Source: Oikopleura dioica
Taxonomy: Eukaryota; Animalia; Chordata
Reading direction: 5' to 3'
DNA: 64,000 nucleotides
Assembly: GCA_907165135.1 (NCBI GenBank)
Contig: OU015566.1
Coordinates: 13,516,001 to 13,580,000, forward strand
Under the pieces are notes generated by a model. That model did no database searches. It was not told the origin of the DNA and was given only the letters and a program-made list of their open reading frames with translations. The position numbers were made by a program, and so were the translations under genes. Below are positions 1-15,388 of the stretch, piece by piece (within the stretch, counting starts at the first letter, position 1; each line of letters begins with the position of its first letter).

Positions 1-1372
1 TTCTTGGCTGAAATTGGGATCAACGACATCTGCTTTCAACCTCAAATAAATACTCCTTGTTGATCCCTTCTGTACAGGCCATCTTCAGTGATCTCTTCGA
101 TTGATACGTTGACAATTGAACCAAGGCCCTCGCCCCCTTATTTTGCTCCAAAAATGAGTGAACAAGAAAATACTTCACCTTGAATGTCAAGAGTCACATT
201 TGGTGAAACAACCGGTATTTTTCCATTAGAGCTCAAAGAAGAAAGCAAAAGCGTCGGTTTTTCAGATTTGATTTCGATACTTGGCTCACAGAAAATTCTT
301 TCAATTTTTTGGGTGATAAAGTCGGTTCCATCTACTGTTACTGACTCAACAATTGTTGAAGTGTAGTTTACTAAATTTTAGAAATAGACGAGAATTTTCC
401 CGAGAAAAACCTGAATTCGCGTCGGTGAAATTATCAAAGCATTTTGAGTATTCCAAAAGGGCAAACGTCGAAAGTTTGCAATCAGTGGATACTGTATCAT
501 TCACATGGCTTTTGTTGACCATGAACAAATTCAGTAAATTTGCATCGATGCTACTCGAAGTAGAATTGTGACACTCTGAATTCTTTTTGCTGAGTTTTGG
601 GCAGCCTGTATCTCTCTGTTATTCCTCTTACCAGAGTGAGTAAAGCTCCTGTTTCTTGGCAATCGACATTGAATAAACTACAGCTGCTTGCCACTTCTGT
701 AAAAAGAAACAAGAAGATCATCTTTTGCCGCTTTGTGAAAATCTACTGCCAGCAAGAAAAACACAAAAACTATAATTATATGTATGCTGCATCGTAATTT
801 GGACAAGACAAATGACATCTTTCTCCTTGTAAAATTGCGTCGAAAAAGAAGCCGGTTATCATTTTGGTATTCATTGAGCCATGAATGGAAATAAACTTTG
901 ATGTTTCAGCAAACTTTCTATGTCAAACAAAACTTCTTTCGCTGCAAAATCGTTCTTTTCGTTGGTTTCGTTACGCCTGGAGTGTTGAATCAATATTCAA
1001 TAGGGGCCAATCAGAGCAGGTGTGATCTTAACTCGCCCCAGGGAAAGCCTTTTCTTCTCGGAGGAGATTCGATAAATCCGTTTTTTTTACTGAGAGAACT
1101 TTAAGAGAAGGTAAAAACAAAATCACTTTGATTGACCCAAAGTTGTCATAAATTATGATTTTGAAAATTAATTATAAATGATGTACTCAATTTTAGGCCG
1201 TCAAATTGAAAGTCCTAAAACTAAAGGATTTTAGACTTGATTCCTTGCTTTGTAATTAACTAATAAGAAGTAAGGATGACAATAAGGCTTGACATTTTCG
1301 TTCACATACAATCTAGCTTATCTTAAAAAACTGCGATTCAAAACAATTTTCAGAGAAGAAAATTATTCCGAA

Positions 1373-3296
1373 ATGAAGAATATCATGCTATTTATGCTTT
1401 CCTTGGTTGGCCTCACCCTCGTCTGGCTCATTCTACTAGCATCCACTGTATCTTTATCAGACACGAGATCGTATGAAGTTTCCAGGTCTGTTCAAAAACT
1501 TGAAAAAGAAGAAGCTTTGGATGCAAGAAAAACAAATTCTTCAATTATTCAAGCGCCAAAAGAAATCGAAGAGAACCCGCGAAAAATCAAGGAAGATCAG
1601 CAGAAAATACGGCTGGAGAAAAATCGCGCTTTCTGCGAAAACAAAAAGTTCCAAGATTCAAGCAAATTTGAATTGTATGGAAAGTCGTCTGGAAATGTTG
1701 GCTTCAAGGAAAAGAGTTTTCAATTCTGTTTACAAGAAATTATACTTATAAATCCTTTTTTCTTCCTTGAAATACCTTTTCTGAGACCTGTCTTGTTGCC
1801 AAAGCTGCTTCTACTTCCCTGTCGATGGCGTATCTTTTAGGCAAGGACTCTTTTTCTTTCAAATATTTGCTTGAAATTTTTAATAATTTGAGTATTTAAG
1901 GGGGTAGAAACAGCTTTTTTCCGAAGAAGGCATTTTTTGACCGGCTCTACAGACAAGAAAATCCTACATTTTCAAATTTTCTCTTCAGGTTTAGATAGAT
2001 ACATCTTAGATCTAGGAACATCTGCCTCAAAATTTGTTTAAGTCATCAATTTTTTCAGTAAGCGGGCTCAGAAGCAGCTCATCTCTCCGAAATTCTCGAT
2101 TTTCGCCAATTTTGAAACACGAATATTTCGAGTCACCTGTTAGTTAAGCAAATTTCATTCACAGTTATGTGAAGCTGAACCCCTTTTCTAGGAACATTTA
2201 TGAGGAATTTCCGTTAGCATAAATAAATCTTATGTTTTCTTTTATGTAGCTACAGTCCAAAATCGAGAAAGCTGTTTCTACCCCCTTAATTGTTTTTTTC
2301 AATTTTTAGAACAATTTGTTTTTCTTTAAAAAATCAATTTTTTGGTTTTTCTTTTTTTTAATTCCCAACCCGGGATAATAAAAAGAACAAAATAATTTAA
2401 TATTTTTAAGTAAACAAATTTGTTCTAGAAATTTTTTTATCAAAAATTTTTTGAATCCTGAAAAAGCAACTGGTCGACTTGATTCATCGAAAAAGTTGAC
2501 CTTGGAAGATGTCACATCTGGCGACGAACGTTTCAACCGAAAATGCGCAAGTTTACTCGACGGCTGCCTCGTCAAACGCTCGCCAAGGACAGTTCCCATT
2601 TCAGAACGAGTGGTTTTCGTTCGTGAACCGATGCAGCGTTTGTACTCTGCGTACAGGGACAAGATTGCGAGAATCCGCGACAGGGCTGGGTTCAGTTTGT
2701 TTTAGCCAAAATAGGGAACGCGCATCAAAAGTTCAAACAGTTCTAAATTCCGCACTGAGAGTTCGTTTTGCTATTTTCATTATTTTGACCTAAATAGAAA
2801 AGGGCGCTTAATCCAATCTGAGCCTGGAAAAAGAGAATGGTACTACGAAAAATACACGCGTTTCATGAAACCAAATGCTCCAGCTACAGCAGAAAAAGCG
2901 ATTCAAGCGAATTTCTCCGTCACTTTTGAAGAGTTCATCAGTTGGATGGTAAACAAGAATCAATTTTCTGCAGATGCTCATTGGAAACCTCAATTCAAAA
3001 ACTGCCAACCCTGCCATTACAGCTTCATTGGTCACGTGGAAACGATGGCAGAAGATCTCGACACTCTCTTTTCTCGATTAAATGTAAATTTAACTTCTTC
3101 GGACGTTTTCGCTCATTCGGATTCTGTCAACCCGCATCGAACCTCGAAAGATGACTTTACTGAAGCAAAAACGAAAGCAGCATCACTAGGAGAGATTCTT
3201 CGCAAGTTGCCGAAAAGCCACCGCGATGCATTGCTCTCTCATTATAAAACAGACTACGAGGCTTTCGGTTATGATCTACCGGATTATTTTCTTTAG
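1373..3296 (+). CDS. Carbohydrate sulfotransferase (Sulfotransfer_2, CHST8-14/HNK-1ST-like), tandem copy A, multi-exon
   Basis: N-terminal membrane anchor, TCLVAKAASTS (5'-PSB), VFVREPMQRLYSAY (3'-PB), HWKPQFKNCQPC and YKTDYEAFGYDLP motifs. Introns inferred by alignment with copy B: 1709-1785 GA-AG, 1841-2466 GC-AG, about 2691-2796 GT-AG. Confidence 0.85.
1900..2285. mobile_element. Non-autonomous DNA transposon (MITE) with TTAA target duplication, Kolobok-like termini
   Basis: TTAA|GGGGGTAGAAACAGCTTT ... AAAGCTGTTTCTACCCCC|TTAA; lies inside intron 2 of sulfotransferase A. Confidence 0.75.
2304..2440. repeat. Small hairpin repeat; a second copy lies in opposite orientation at about 5235-5375
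   Basis: Core TTATTATCCCGGGTTGGGAATTAAAAAA flanked by inverted TCTAGAACAAATTTGTTTA arms, seen at both sites. Confidence 0.6.
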
Positions 3297-3940
3297 AGTT
3301 TAACTCAGAATTAGAATATCAGAATTTGGTGCTGAAAAGAAAACTTTCTTCCAAAAATAAAGTTCTGCGCTATTGAAAAGCCGCGCGAGCTCGGTGCGGG
3401 TGGTCCCTTAAAAGAAAAACTTCTTTATGGACAAATCAGTAGCGTGGGAAGACAAATACTGTAGTCGAAACATACTGTGTTATCAGAAAACTGTAAATGG
3501 GACATGATTTCTATTATCTGTGCTTAATAAACTATATTTTTGATACGATGATCCTTTTAATTTCAATTTAATAAGCTAAGACTTGTCTCTAGAAGAGTTA
3601 TTCTTGCTTTCAGTGAAGGTTTTTTCTAAGTCTAAGAGAAGTTGCTCTTGAGAAGAACAGGTTTGTTTAGTAAAGTTAGTTTTCTTCAACTTTGGTAGCG
3701 CTCAATTTGAGCTAAAAGTGATCTTAGATTAAATGTTTCCGAAGAAGTTATCTTGTTATGATTATTTATTGAGGCTTTTAATAGGAAGACATTTTATCAA
3801 CGAATATTTTTATTTGACAAAGCTTGAGTGAATGATTAATTTAAACAGAAGATTTACTCCATCTGATTAAAAATAGTACCAAAGAGAATTAATAGCGTTT
3901 TTATGAAGAATTTCAGAAAAAGAAAACAAGGACTTGGTGA

Positions 3941-5157
3941 ATGAGGACGATTGAGAAATTTATTCTTTCCTCTGTTTTCCTTACTCTTGTTTGGCTCATT
4001 CTTCGGCAGTCATCAACTGTATATCAACTGTCATCAGATAAAGATCTTAACTCTCTTCAAGAAGAAAACCCTGATGTCATAAATGAAGCTCAAGCTTCTG
4101 ACAGAACGATTATTCGAGCAGAAAAAGCGGAATATTTGTCGAAAGAAATGAAGGATGATCATCTTGAAATGAGGCTCAAGAAACATCGTGCTTTCTGCCA
4201 GAAAAAGAACACTCACGCGGCGAATTCTCGTGACTCGTTGCTAGACTTGTATGGAAAGTCATCTGGGAATGTTGGCTTCAAGGTACAAGGGTTTTAATTA
4301 CAGTTTCGCTGCTGTTTGGTATTTCTTATGTGATTGAAACCATTTCGAAGACGTGTCTAGTAGCCAAAGCTGCTTCTACTTCGCTGACCACAGCGCTTCT
4401 TTTAGCAACCGGTCGACTTGATTCATCCAAAAAATTGACGTTAGATGATGTCACGGCTGGTGACGAGCGTTTCAACCGTAAATGCACAAGTGTACAAAAC
4501 GGCTGTCTCGTCAGACGGTCGCCAAAGACAGTGCCAATTTCGGAAAGGATCATCTTCGTCCGCGAGCCAATGGACCGTCTTTACTCTGCATACAAAGATA
4601 GAATTGCCAGACTTCATGACAGGCCCGGGTTCTGCTTTCTCTTGGTAGCATGTAAGCCTTTTATTGTTGAAAAAGTCGAGCCCGGTGGAAGAGATTGGTA
4701 CTACGAAAAATACACGCGTTTCATGAAGCCGAATGCTCCAGCAACGGCCGAATTGGCGATCAAACAAAATTTCTCCGTCTCTTTTGAAGAGTTTGTCAGC
4801 TGGTTAGTCTCAAACAACAAGTTTTCCGCCGACATGCACTGGAAACCTCAATTCACGAACTGCCAGCCCTGCCAATACAGCTTCATCGGTCACGTGGAAA
4901 CGATCGCGGAAGATTTGGACGCGCTATTCTCTCGTTTAAAAGTCTCAAATTTGACTTCTTCGCACGTCTTCGCACATTCCGATTCTGTCAACCCGCATCG
5001 AACATCCTCAACGAAGAACAACTCAGCAAAAACAGAAACAGCGACGCTTGAAGAAATTCTTCGCAAATTGCCCAAAAACCACCGCGATGCATTGCTATCT
5101 CATTATCGACAGGACTACGAGGCTTTTGGATATGATCTGCCGGATTATTTGCTCTAG
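3941..5157 (+). CDS. Carbohydrate sulfotransferase (Sulfotransfer_2), tandem copy B
   Basis: Same motifs as copy A. GT-AG intron 4283-4350 joins VGFK to TCLVAKAAST. Clear paralog of 1373-3296. Confidence 0.88.
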
Positions 5158-5998
5158 AATTTACAAACTAGAATCGAAGAAGAAAAATAGTAAAAACCAC
5201 TGTTCGATAAATAATTGTCAAAAACCGCTGTGCAAAAAAATATTTTTAAAAAATTTCTAGAACAAATTTGTTTATTTAAAGTTTTATATTCAATTCTTTT
5301 TTATTATCCCGGGTTGGGAATTAAAAAAGAATTGAAAATAAATTTTAAAATAAACAAATTTGTTCTAGAAAATTTTAATTTAACAATTGACAAATTTGAA
5401 AATGTCAATAAATAAAATTGTTGTTTTTCAGTTGTAAATAATTTTATTACCTTTCTGGAAAAAAATGATAAATACAGTTACAAGCAAATGAAAAAGCCCC
5501 TTTTCAATATTTTGGAGTTTTTCAATAAATAAATCCTTCTTTCTTTCTTGCTTCAGGAGTAGTACAGTAAAACGCAGGAAAGAGCGAGTTGTCTGGTTTA
5601 GGTAGATAACGATTGTGGTTAAAAATATGTTAATTCGCTTTTTTTTGTCTTTGAAGAAATGAAACCCAGCAAGGGAGAATATAAATAGAAGCTAATAAAA
5701 GTGCTATGTATATAAAATAAGATTAGCGGTGGCTCAAGACGGTCGTAATGATGTTTTGTTAGCTGGGAGCGGCGGCGATGCCCGAATCGACGGACTCAGC
5801 TGTCTAAATTGGATTGTTAGCCGAGACACGACCTTAGGGGATCCAACAACTGCTGGCTGGATGGACCGCTTTCTGTCCGATTTCGTAATTCAGTGGGTGC
5901 GAAAAAGGGAGGACAATGTTTCAAGTGGTTTACCAATTATTTGGTATTTTTATGCTTCGATGGGTTAAAAATGAAAATTTTGACCTAGATCAAAAATT

Positions 5999-7505
5999 CT
6001 AAGCTGGCCTAAATCTGTCAAAATAACATTGATTTAGCGCTGTGAGCAGTTTCCTGAAGCCTAACATCCTGTCACGTGACAGCCCAGTTTCATCCTTTTC
6101 GAAATCAGAACTTACCCTGAGGCAAGCTTCTGTCCTGCTCGAAAGTCTTGTCTCGTTCTCGACGCTCAACAGCCTCGTTTCCTCCACGTCCGGTTCATCC
6201 CTTTGCGTCTCATGAATGACAATAATCGGCTCTGGAATCGGAGGGAGCAGCCACATGTGGATTTTCTTCCAGCTCGATTTGATGATTATAATTACAAAGA
6301 CAATCGAGCCGACGACGATGATGGAACTTGTCAGCATTGCCAGGTCATTTTCCATGTCATTTTTTGTCCCGTTTCGCGGGCCACAGAGGTTGAATTTTTC
6401 GCAATCTTCTGGCGCTAGAATAAGGCTATTCGTGGAGAGAATAAAGACAAAGAAAAAAGGGTTGAGATGTTAACTGCCGCTTTTTGACAAGTTTACATGT
6501 TTGGGGTCAAAATAACGATCTTGTACATTTGAAGGACGAACCTTCCTGACCCAAGATAAGTGTAATCTATCTCTTGGGCCTCTCCGCAGACAGGTTTTTA
6601 ACTGTCTGTTTCTGAGATAATCCAATTTAGCTGAAGAAAAGAAGACTTACCTAAGGTCGGTGGAAGAGTTGTTGGTTGACTAACAGGCATAAGAATTACT
6701 GGCTTGGAACAGGGAGACCATTCCTTGAATTGGGTTTTAGAGAAGAATACGAGGCAAAGAGAGCTACTTTTCTTATTGAGTCATCCTTGCGAACTCGGAT
6801 GCAGAGCTCTAAGACCTCTGAGTTGGGAATATCGTTGAGCATAATCACCCCTTGAAGGTCCTTCTCGTAGCCGATGAAGCGGCGCGTCAGCCCGGCCACT
6901 TGGAGATAAGGTTTGTACAGGAGCTCGAGCACCAACTGGTCGCCGTAGAGAATATTCAACCAGTGGTTTCCGCTGTTGCTCCATTCCAGACGCACGCGGC
7001 CGTCGATGCGCGAGGCAGCAAAGTCACGTGGCGGCTCTTCGATTACCACTGAAATTTCAATTATGGTCGAGACGCACTTGTAATTGATCAAAACGCAAAA
7101 GCGTTTTTGCAATAAACTTATTTTTCGATGATCAAAAAATGATGACCGAGGCGTTTCTTGTTCTTTAGAATAGACACGGAGCACAACACCCTTCCGTCTC
7201 CACTTACAGTATTTGCCGATATCAAAGTCTTCTATTCTCGCTAGCTCCTCCCCGTCAGAGCTTAGCCTGATTTCATAGTTGGAATAAAAGTCCGTCGAGT
7301 TAATTGTACACCCGATCTCTTGCCCGGTTGACAGACTTGGGTCCAAATAGCACCGCTCGTTGACGCTAGAATCGTGAGTTTTTGTACAGTAGACGTCGGG
7401 GAGAAGGATTTCGCGGGACCATTGGCAGCTGATCTTGTGCGGAAGCCGCGACCAGCAGTTGAAACCTGGATCGGGTGGCTCTGGGTCTGGTACTGTTCGT
7501 TTCAT
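5999..7505 (-). CDS. Class I cytokine receptor-like single-pass membrane protein (multi-exon, 5' end unresolved)
   Basis: NCWSRLPHKISCQW (C-x9-C-x-W), an FN3-like module ending LCIRVRK, TM SIIVVGSIVFVIIII, and a juxtamembrane LLPPIPEP Box1-like motif. No clear WSXWS found. Confidence 0.6.
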
Positions 7506-8247
7506 TACTACTGGAGGGGATGAAGCTGGGCCGTAGAATTCTAATTATAGAGAAAAAATTTGAAAAAAATGCTTTTTCGAGTCAAAAAAATGTTTTTTCG
7601 AGTCAAAAAATGATTTTTTGCATAAAATTTTTTTAAAAAAATGGCTCGAAAACACAATTTTCGAGTCGAAAGAAGCTTCGAAATAGGATTTTTATATAAT
7701 TTCAGCATCAAGTTTCCCTCTGTGAAATTTTTCTTGAAGTCAAACTACGACGGGCTCGGTTAGTAACAAAATATTTTGAAAAAACTTAAAATAGCCTTCT
7801 GTCTGTATTTTTACTTGAATTTAGCTTCATCCCTGTTCCTGAGTTGTAAAAAATGGTCTGTGTGTTATGCCAATTGTGCCGTGCTTCATTTTCGTATTTT
7901 TGACATGCTCTCTATCTTTTGGGTTATCTCTGGGTCTATCGCGCTGGTTTCTGAGAAAGAGTGGCTAATGCGTGGGGATGGAAATGAACGGTCGGGAGGA
8001 TGCACCTGCCTTAGGCAACAATCTGAAACTCAACCAAGACCGAAGCCAAACGCGATTTCACGATGGTCGAATCAACTAACGACAGCCAAAGCTGACTTTT
8101 TCGAATTTTCAGAATAGTATTTTACGAATTTGAGTTTTTAGAGAAAGCATATTTTGAATATTCGCAAAAATATAAAGAGACAAAACCAAGGCAATAAAAA
8201 TTAACCCTAAAAATATGCCCTCATTTGCCAAACTTTATTTAAGAAGA

Positions 8248-9445
8248 AAAAGCCGCTCGCGGCTTTTTGATTCAAGACATCCAAAAAGCCGCGAGCGGCT
8301 TATCGTCTGAAGATGACAAAATTTAGCTTTGCCGAAAATTTGGCCACTATGCGTCAACGGGTTAAATTTGAGTCAAGAGTTAAACACTTTAGTTATGGTT
8401 TTTCAATTTTATTACAAAAAAAAATTCAAAAAATAAATATACAGTTAAAAAATAGAAAAAGGGATGAAGACTGTTTCATGTAGTTTGATTATGATCGGGC
8501 TCGGAATCGTCGGAGTTGTCGGTATCTGGATTGTCCATCATCCCGCTGAAAAGTTCAATGAGTTTTAGATGGCTGTGGGTTAAAAAGTTTCTGCTGATAA
8601 GCAAAACGGATAGATATGGGCTGAGCTGCCAGAATCGAGCTTTGGCACTTGAATACTCGTCCGGCAAGGACTTGAGTGTTGAGTACGTTCTCCTGCATAA
8701 AATGCTTATTTGGCATTTTTCATCTTTCTTATCTTTTTCAGAGCTATTTTCACGTGATCTCACCTGATTTGGTCATCCTTGGCTAACCAGTCAAAGTCCT
8801 CCTTTGAAAAGAGCATGGTGTGATGATAGGACATTTTGTCGAAAAAGTTGATCACGGACAAGATCGTCGTCTTCATATAAGCATCAATTTTGAACTCTTC
8901 GTTTCCATCATTCTTGAGCCACTGTTTGTACAACTTCCAGTCCTCCTGAGCTGTTTTGATGAATTTATCGCTCGACACGTAGATTGCTTAAAAAACACCA
9001 TGTTACATAAGACTTATCCTGTCTTCAGCTAAACAACCTGATAATATTGCGTCGCGGTCTGCCTCGTCCTTGTCTGGCTCCGTGGCGACATATTCCCACG
9101 AGTACTTTAAATATGCTGTTTCTGCGGTTTTCGAAGAGTTAAATTTTTTTGGTGCTGCCCAAAAGTTTCTGTTGCAAAAATAGATTAACTCATTGGTGCA
9201 GAAAGCCATTTTATTGGCGAAGCGAAAGATCGAAATTCGATTAAAATATAGAAGACAAAAGCCGCTTGCGGCTTTTTCAGGGTTTCCATTTTGAAAAAGC
9301 CGCTAGCGGCTTATTTTCGATTTGCCAATAAAATGGCTAAAAAGCAGCGATTGGTTAAGATCAAAATTCGATTGAAATATTGAAGAAAAAAGCCGCTTGC
9401 GGCTTTCTCAGGAACCTAATTTGAAAAAGCCGCACGCGACTTATT
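8248..9445. repeat. Clusters of AAGCCGC-N2-3-GCGGCTT mini-palindromes (further clusters at about 24425-24550, 53045-53095 and 59530)
   Basis: Repeated reads such as aagccgctcgcggctt, aagccgcttgcggctt, aagccgctagcggctt and aagccgctacgcggctt. Confidence 0.7.
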
Positions 9446-10102
9446 TCCTGTTTGCCAATCAAATGGTTTAAACGTAGCGATGGGTTAAGGCTGGCTTTAA
9501 TTCAGCCGGGAAATGAACTTTTTCGATCCGAAAAAAAAGGAATTTTTAAATTTTGAAAATATGTCAAAGAAAAGAATTTAAAAATTTAGAAACCGCTTTG
9601 CTAGAAAAGGATGCTTGTCGTACTGAATTTTGAGGAGGAAGAGCATTTCCGGCCAATTGCGCCAAATCATAGCGTCGCCGAGCAGTGAACAATTGCGCAC
9701 TTCCGGAACAGTGTCAGCGCGGTAGTCAAAGCGCTTGACTAAAAGTTGAAAGATATCGTGACATTCGGGATGCTGGCTTAGACGATCTTTTTTAAAGGTT
9801 GAGTTTTGAGACCGCGATTTTCGATGCTTCACATTTCGGTCTTCTGTTCAACCCTTTCCTTGAACCATGTCAATACAGTTAACGTAATCTTCCCACAACT
9901 CAGTAAACGCTTCTTCCGGAAACTCCGGCGGAGCATGTGGCTTTTCCTGCTTGTCTGTCAGATACCTTTCCATCTGCTGCTCAAGCTCTTCGATGTTTCC
10001 ATTATTATCGACCGGGCATTGTTTCGCGAAAAAGTCGATTGTCGCGCCTTCTCGTAGAAGTTGCCGGACGACTCGATATTTTGGCTTTCCAAGAGGGCCC
10101 AT
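8476..10102 (-). CDS. Uncharacterised multi-exon protein
   Basis: Chain of collinear minus-strand ORFs (9848-10102, 9578-9832, 9003-9209, 8760-8978, 8476-8763) separated by short or repeat-filled gaps; no family recognised. Confidence 0.5.
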
Positions 10103-11187
10103 TGCGCGGAATCCGTTTCCACAGGCTTCGAATAATTTTCTGTCTAGCTCTTTCTGATTTTGAGTTCGCGAATTTTAAGCCTAAAAAGGGCCAAAAATCC
10201 GGTCAAAAATGACGAACTTTTCCTGTTTTTCAGATTTTCCTTTTCTTATTCGTTTTTGCATTTCCCTCCACCAATATTCAGTACTTAAATCCACTTAGCT
10301 AACTGTACTTCGGCCCTGTAACTTACCCGAATTTGATTTCGAATAAAACCGCGACGTTCCGATGCCTCAGCGCTGAGACCTTATATCCAGTTCTCAGCTT
10401 ATGCGGATTATTTTGCTCCCAAATTTGAGCAATATCCTGCATGATTTTTCAAAAATTATTTTTCAAAACTGAGGAGCCCCCATTTTTCAACCCTGTCAAC
10501 AAGAGATGTTCTAGAGACGCTCTCGAAAAATGATGATTTTATTGAAAACAAGGAAGAGTACATGCAAAAAAATTGTCAAAAATTGGTTCAAAAGTTAGTC
10601 GCGTTTAAATTCTTCCCAAATAGAAGTGATGGATTTTGCCTTGTCAGATTTTTCGGATTCTGGCTGGGGATCTTCAGTTTGCTTTTTCAGGAGGTAGGTA
10701 CAGTAAACAATGTAGAATTGACGGAGAAAGAAGAGCACCAACATCGCGATAATGTATTTTGCCTTGACTTGTCCGACTTTTTTGGTTTATAAAATGATTT
10801 GAAGCACGATAAACTTATAACTGCCATAAGCTCATAAACCGTTCCTAAAATTGGCGACAACAAAAAGCAGCAACCCAGTTCTCCATAAAGAACTCCACTA
10901 AAAATAAACTTTCATAATCTGTCCACAAGACCGAGTAATTAATTACCGAGTAGAAAGGGTAAATCCAGCGATTGATGGTGGCTCACGAGCTTCGTTTATT
11001 TGAAACAAATTAAATTCCAATAATGCCCTGAAAAAAGAATAGCACGAGATTAATTGGATAATTCCTTACTTGAGGATGGAGGGAATGGCATTAATTGACA
11101 GTTGTCTGAGCATAACTGAGCCCAAAATAGCGTCTTTATCGGCCAAATGGAGGTGTAGAAGCCGAGAATACTCGCTTAAATACATAA

Positions 11188-11790
11188 TTAAGGGTATACT
11201 AAGCGATAACTATACCTAGAGTGGTCACCAGATTTGTCCGAAAAGTGCAAGTCGCTCTTATGAACCGCTAGCTCTTGGCAAGTGAAATACAGCGTGAAGA
11301 GATGGAGGAACATCCCAGTCGTGTTGATAGTACTTTCTCCAGTCAGAAAGGTCTTGAGTTTTTGCTTGACAGATCCTCCCACGTGCCATTGCCAAAGAAA
11401 TACGTACAGATGGAATCCGACGCCGGAAATGAAGAAGATATTCGCCAATCCGACTGAAAAGGGGATGATAAAAGAGGAAAAATAGAATTTGAAACTTACT
11501 TGATACAGTGCCAAATCCTTGGACAAGATTTAAAATGCCGAAAAACGCCAAACAAAGGTTGTAAATAATCCTGACTGCGTGAAAAGCGTTGAGAGAACAG
11601 TTACTCCAGTTTGGTTTGAGAATGACTTTGCGATTGAAAGACTCGGTTTCGGCGTCTTTTTGCTTCTTGAAAAAGTCGAGCGTGGTTGAGTAAAGAAAAG
11701 TCGCCCAGAATTTGTGGAGGAGAATCCAGATGAAGAAGGAGAAGATGCTGAAGATGAAGCTGTATTGGTAGATGACGTTGTAAAGCGTTC
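11188..11790 (-). CDS. Probable multi-pass membrane protein (partial model)
   Basis: Several hydrophobic segments in linked exons (YSFIFSIFSFFIWILL; IIYNLCLAFFGILNLV; FSVGLANIFFISGVGFHLYVFLW); family not recognised. Confidence 0.4.
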
Positions 11791-13475
11791 CTAGGCAGGA
11801 GACTGGTTTGTCGCAGATAAAGCCTTTGCATCGGCTGCCTCTTTTTGAAAGGTTTGATGACTTTTGTTAATTAAAAAATAAAGGCCTTTATCATAAAGGC
11901 TTTATAGAACCCAAAAGCATCGGTAAAATCAAACCTTTCCTTATGTCAGATAGAAATTCCAACATTTTTTCTCTAACTGTACTTTCTTCAAAAACAAAAA
12001 TCATGGTCCAGTTCTGATTCTAGAAGCAAAATATACAATAGACATTAAGATAATCTAAGTCAGGAGTCCTTCTTCCTTGATTTCAGCAATTCATCGGGGT
12101 TCTGTTTCTCACTTGCCCCGCGTGGAATTGAAAATTTTCATTGAATTATGTCGAAAAAGAGAGTTTTTAGACCTATTATTATGAATCATATGCTTGAGAG
12201 ACCGAGATTTAGTCTTCATTTTTCAACGAAATCTAATAGCAAGGAACTCAAGCAACAAGTCGGCATGCTAGTAGGAGCCCCTTTGTCTAACGATTCTTTG
12301 AAACTTGCGCGAGTTGAATTGAAATCGAAGATTGCCTCCATTTATGCCTTCCATCAGAAGCAGCCGGTGGTCCATTGTTCCCCCTCTCCACTTTGCTCCC
12401 GTCAAGTGCGCCTTTGTCCCGAAAAACTTCGCAAACAAAACCACCATGTGGCCCTTTTAATTTCCGTCGGCGCCTAAGGGCACTGCACTCCTCGCCTCGA
12501 GTGCCTAGGCAACGCCGTACAGGCCCGTTGCCACGAGTGGCACTTCCGTAAATACCGTTCCCAGCGAATTCAAAACCCCGTCAATAGAACTTTGATAGCC
12601 TCGGGAGGCAAACAGAACACGCGCTTTTGTGCACACAAAATCGATCCAATGCACCGCGTGATTTTCTCAAAAAATAAATGACAAAAAGAAAATTTCACAC
12701 AGTAGCGGCATACAGGTGCTGGCCGAAAAAGAAATCGATATGAAAATCAGCTTTCAGGCGTGAGAATTCGCCACTCTTATCATTAAAAATTCAGTTCTAA
12801 GCCTTTTAATCTCGCTATTTTGCTATCGACACATTTTGAGGTAATCCTTGAGTACCTGTTTTCGAGGAAGAAAACTGTAACGAAGAGTAATTTTCAATAT
12901 AACCATCAATACTTTCACTATAAGATTGCACATTTGTCAATCAGTGATGGTTACTTATGCTTATATAAATGCCTTAAGAAAGCGAAATTTCATGTCAAAG
13001 TTCATGTAGGTTAATATTCACTTTATCCGTCATCTTAGTCCTCTATGATTCCCAAATTTGTAGCGTAAAGATATTGAATAAGCACTGACATTTTTCTGAC
13101 CTCATTTTATCTTGATTTATTCAATAACCGTCCTCAAATTAATAAATGATGAGTCGACTACTGATTCATCCAGTGTTGTTTTATTCATTTTACTGTAGCA
13201 AACTCAACTGTAAGAAAAGGCCATGTGAAGAACTTTGTTGAACATACCAACTTCGATTCATCTCAAGAAGAACTTCACTCCATCGGTTGCTACGGCTTTG
13301 GCAATTGCCAGTCGGCGACCTTTGAAACGGTCTCCATGGTTTTCTATTCGAGGGTCGCGCGCCCACAGGTGGCGCCGATCGCGTCCCTCGTCGCCGTTGC
13401 CTCCACTGCTCGATTCATTCTACTTTGCAGCTTGTTACGCAGCGGATCAAAGTTTGAACTCTCTTCTTTTTCATC

Positions 13476-15236
<1,761 letters not shown>

Positions 15237-15388
15237 ACACTTCAAACTTTCCACAACCCTTATTTCTTACAAATTCCTGCTGTGAAATAAATCATGGTGG
15301 TTATTTTTCCACAAAAAACAAAAACGAATAAACTCTCGTTCTTTAATTTATTACGCTATTCGATGAACAACCAACGAAGACAGATCTA

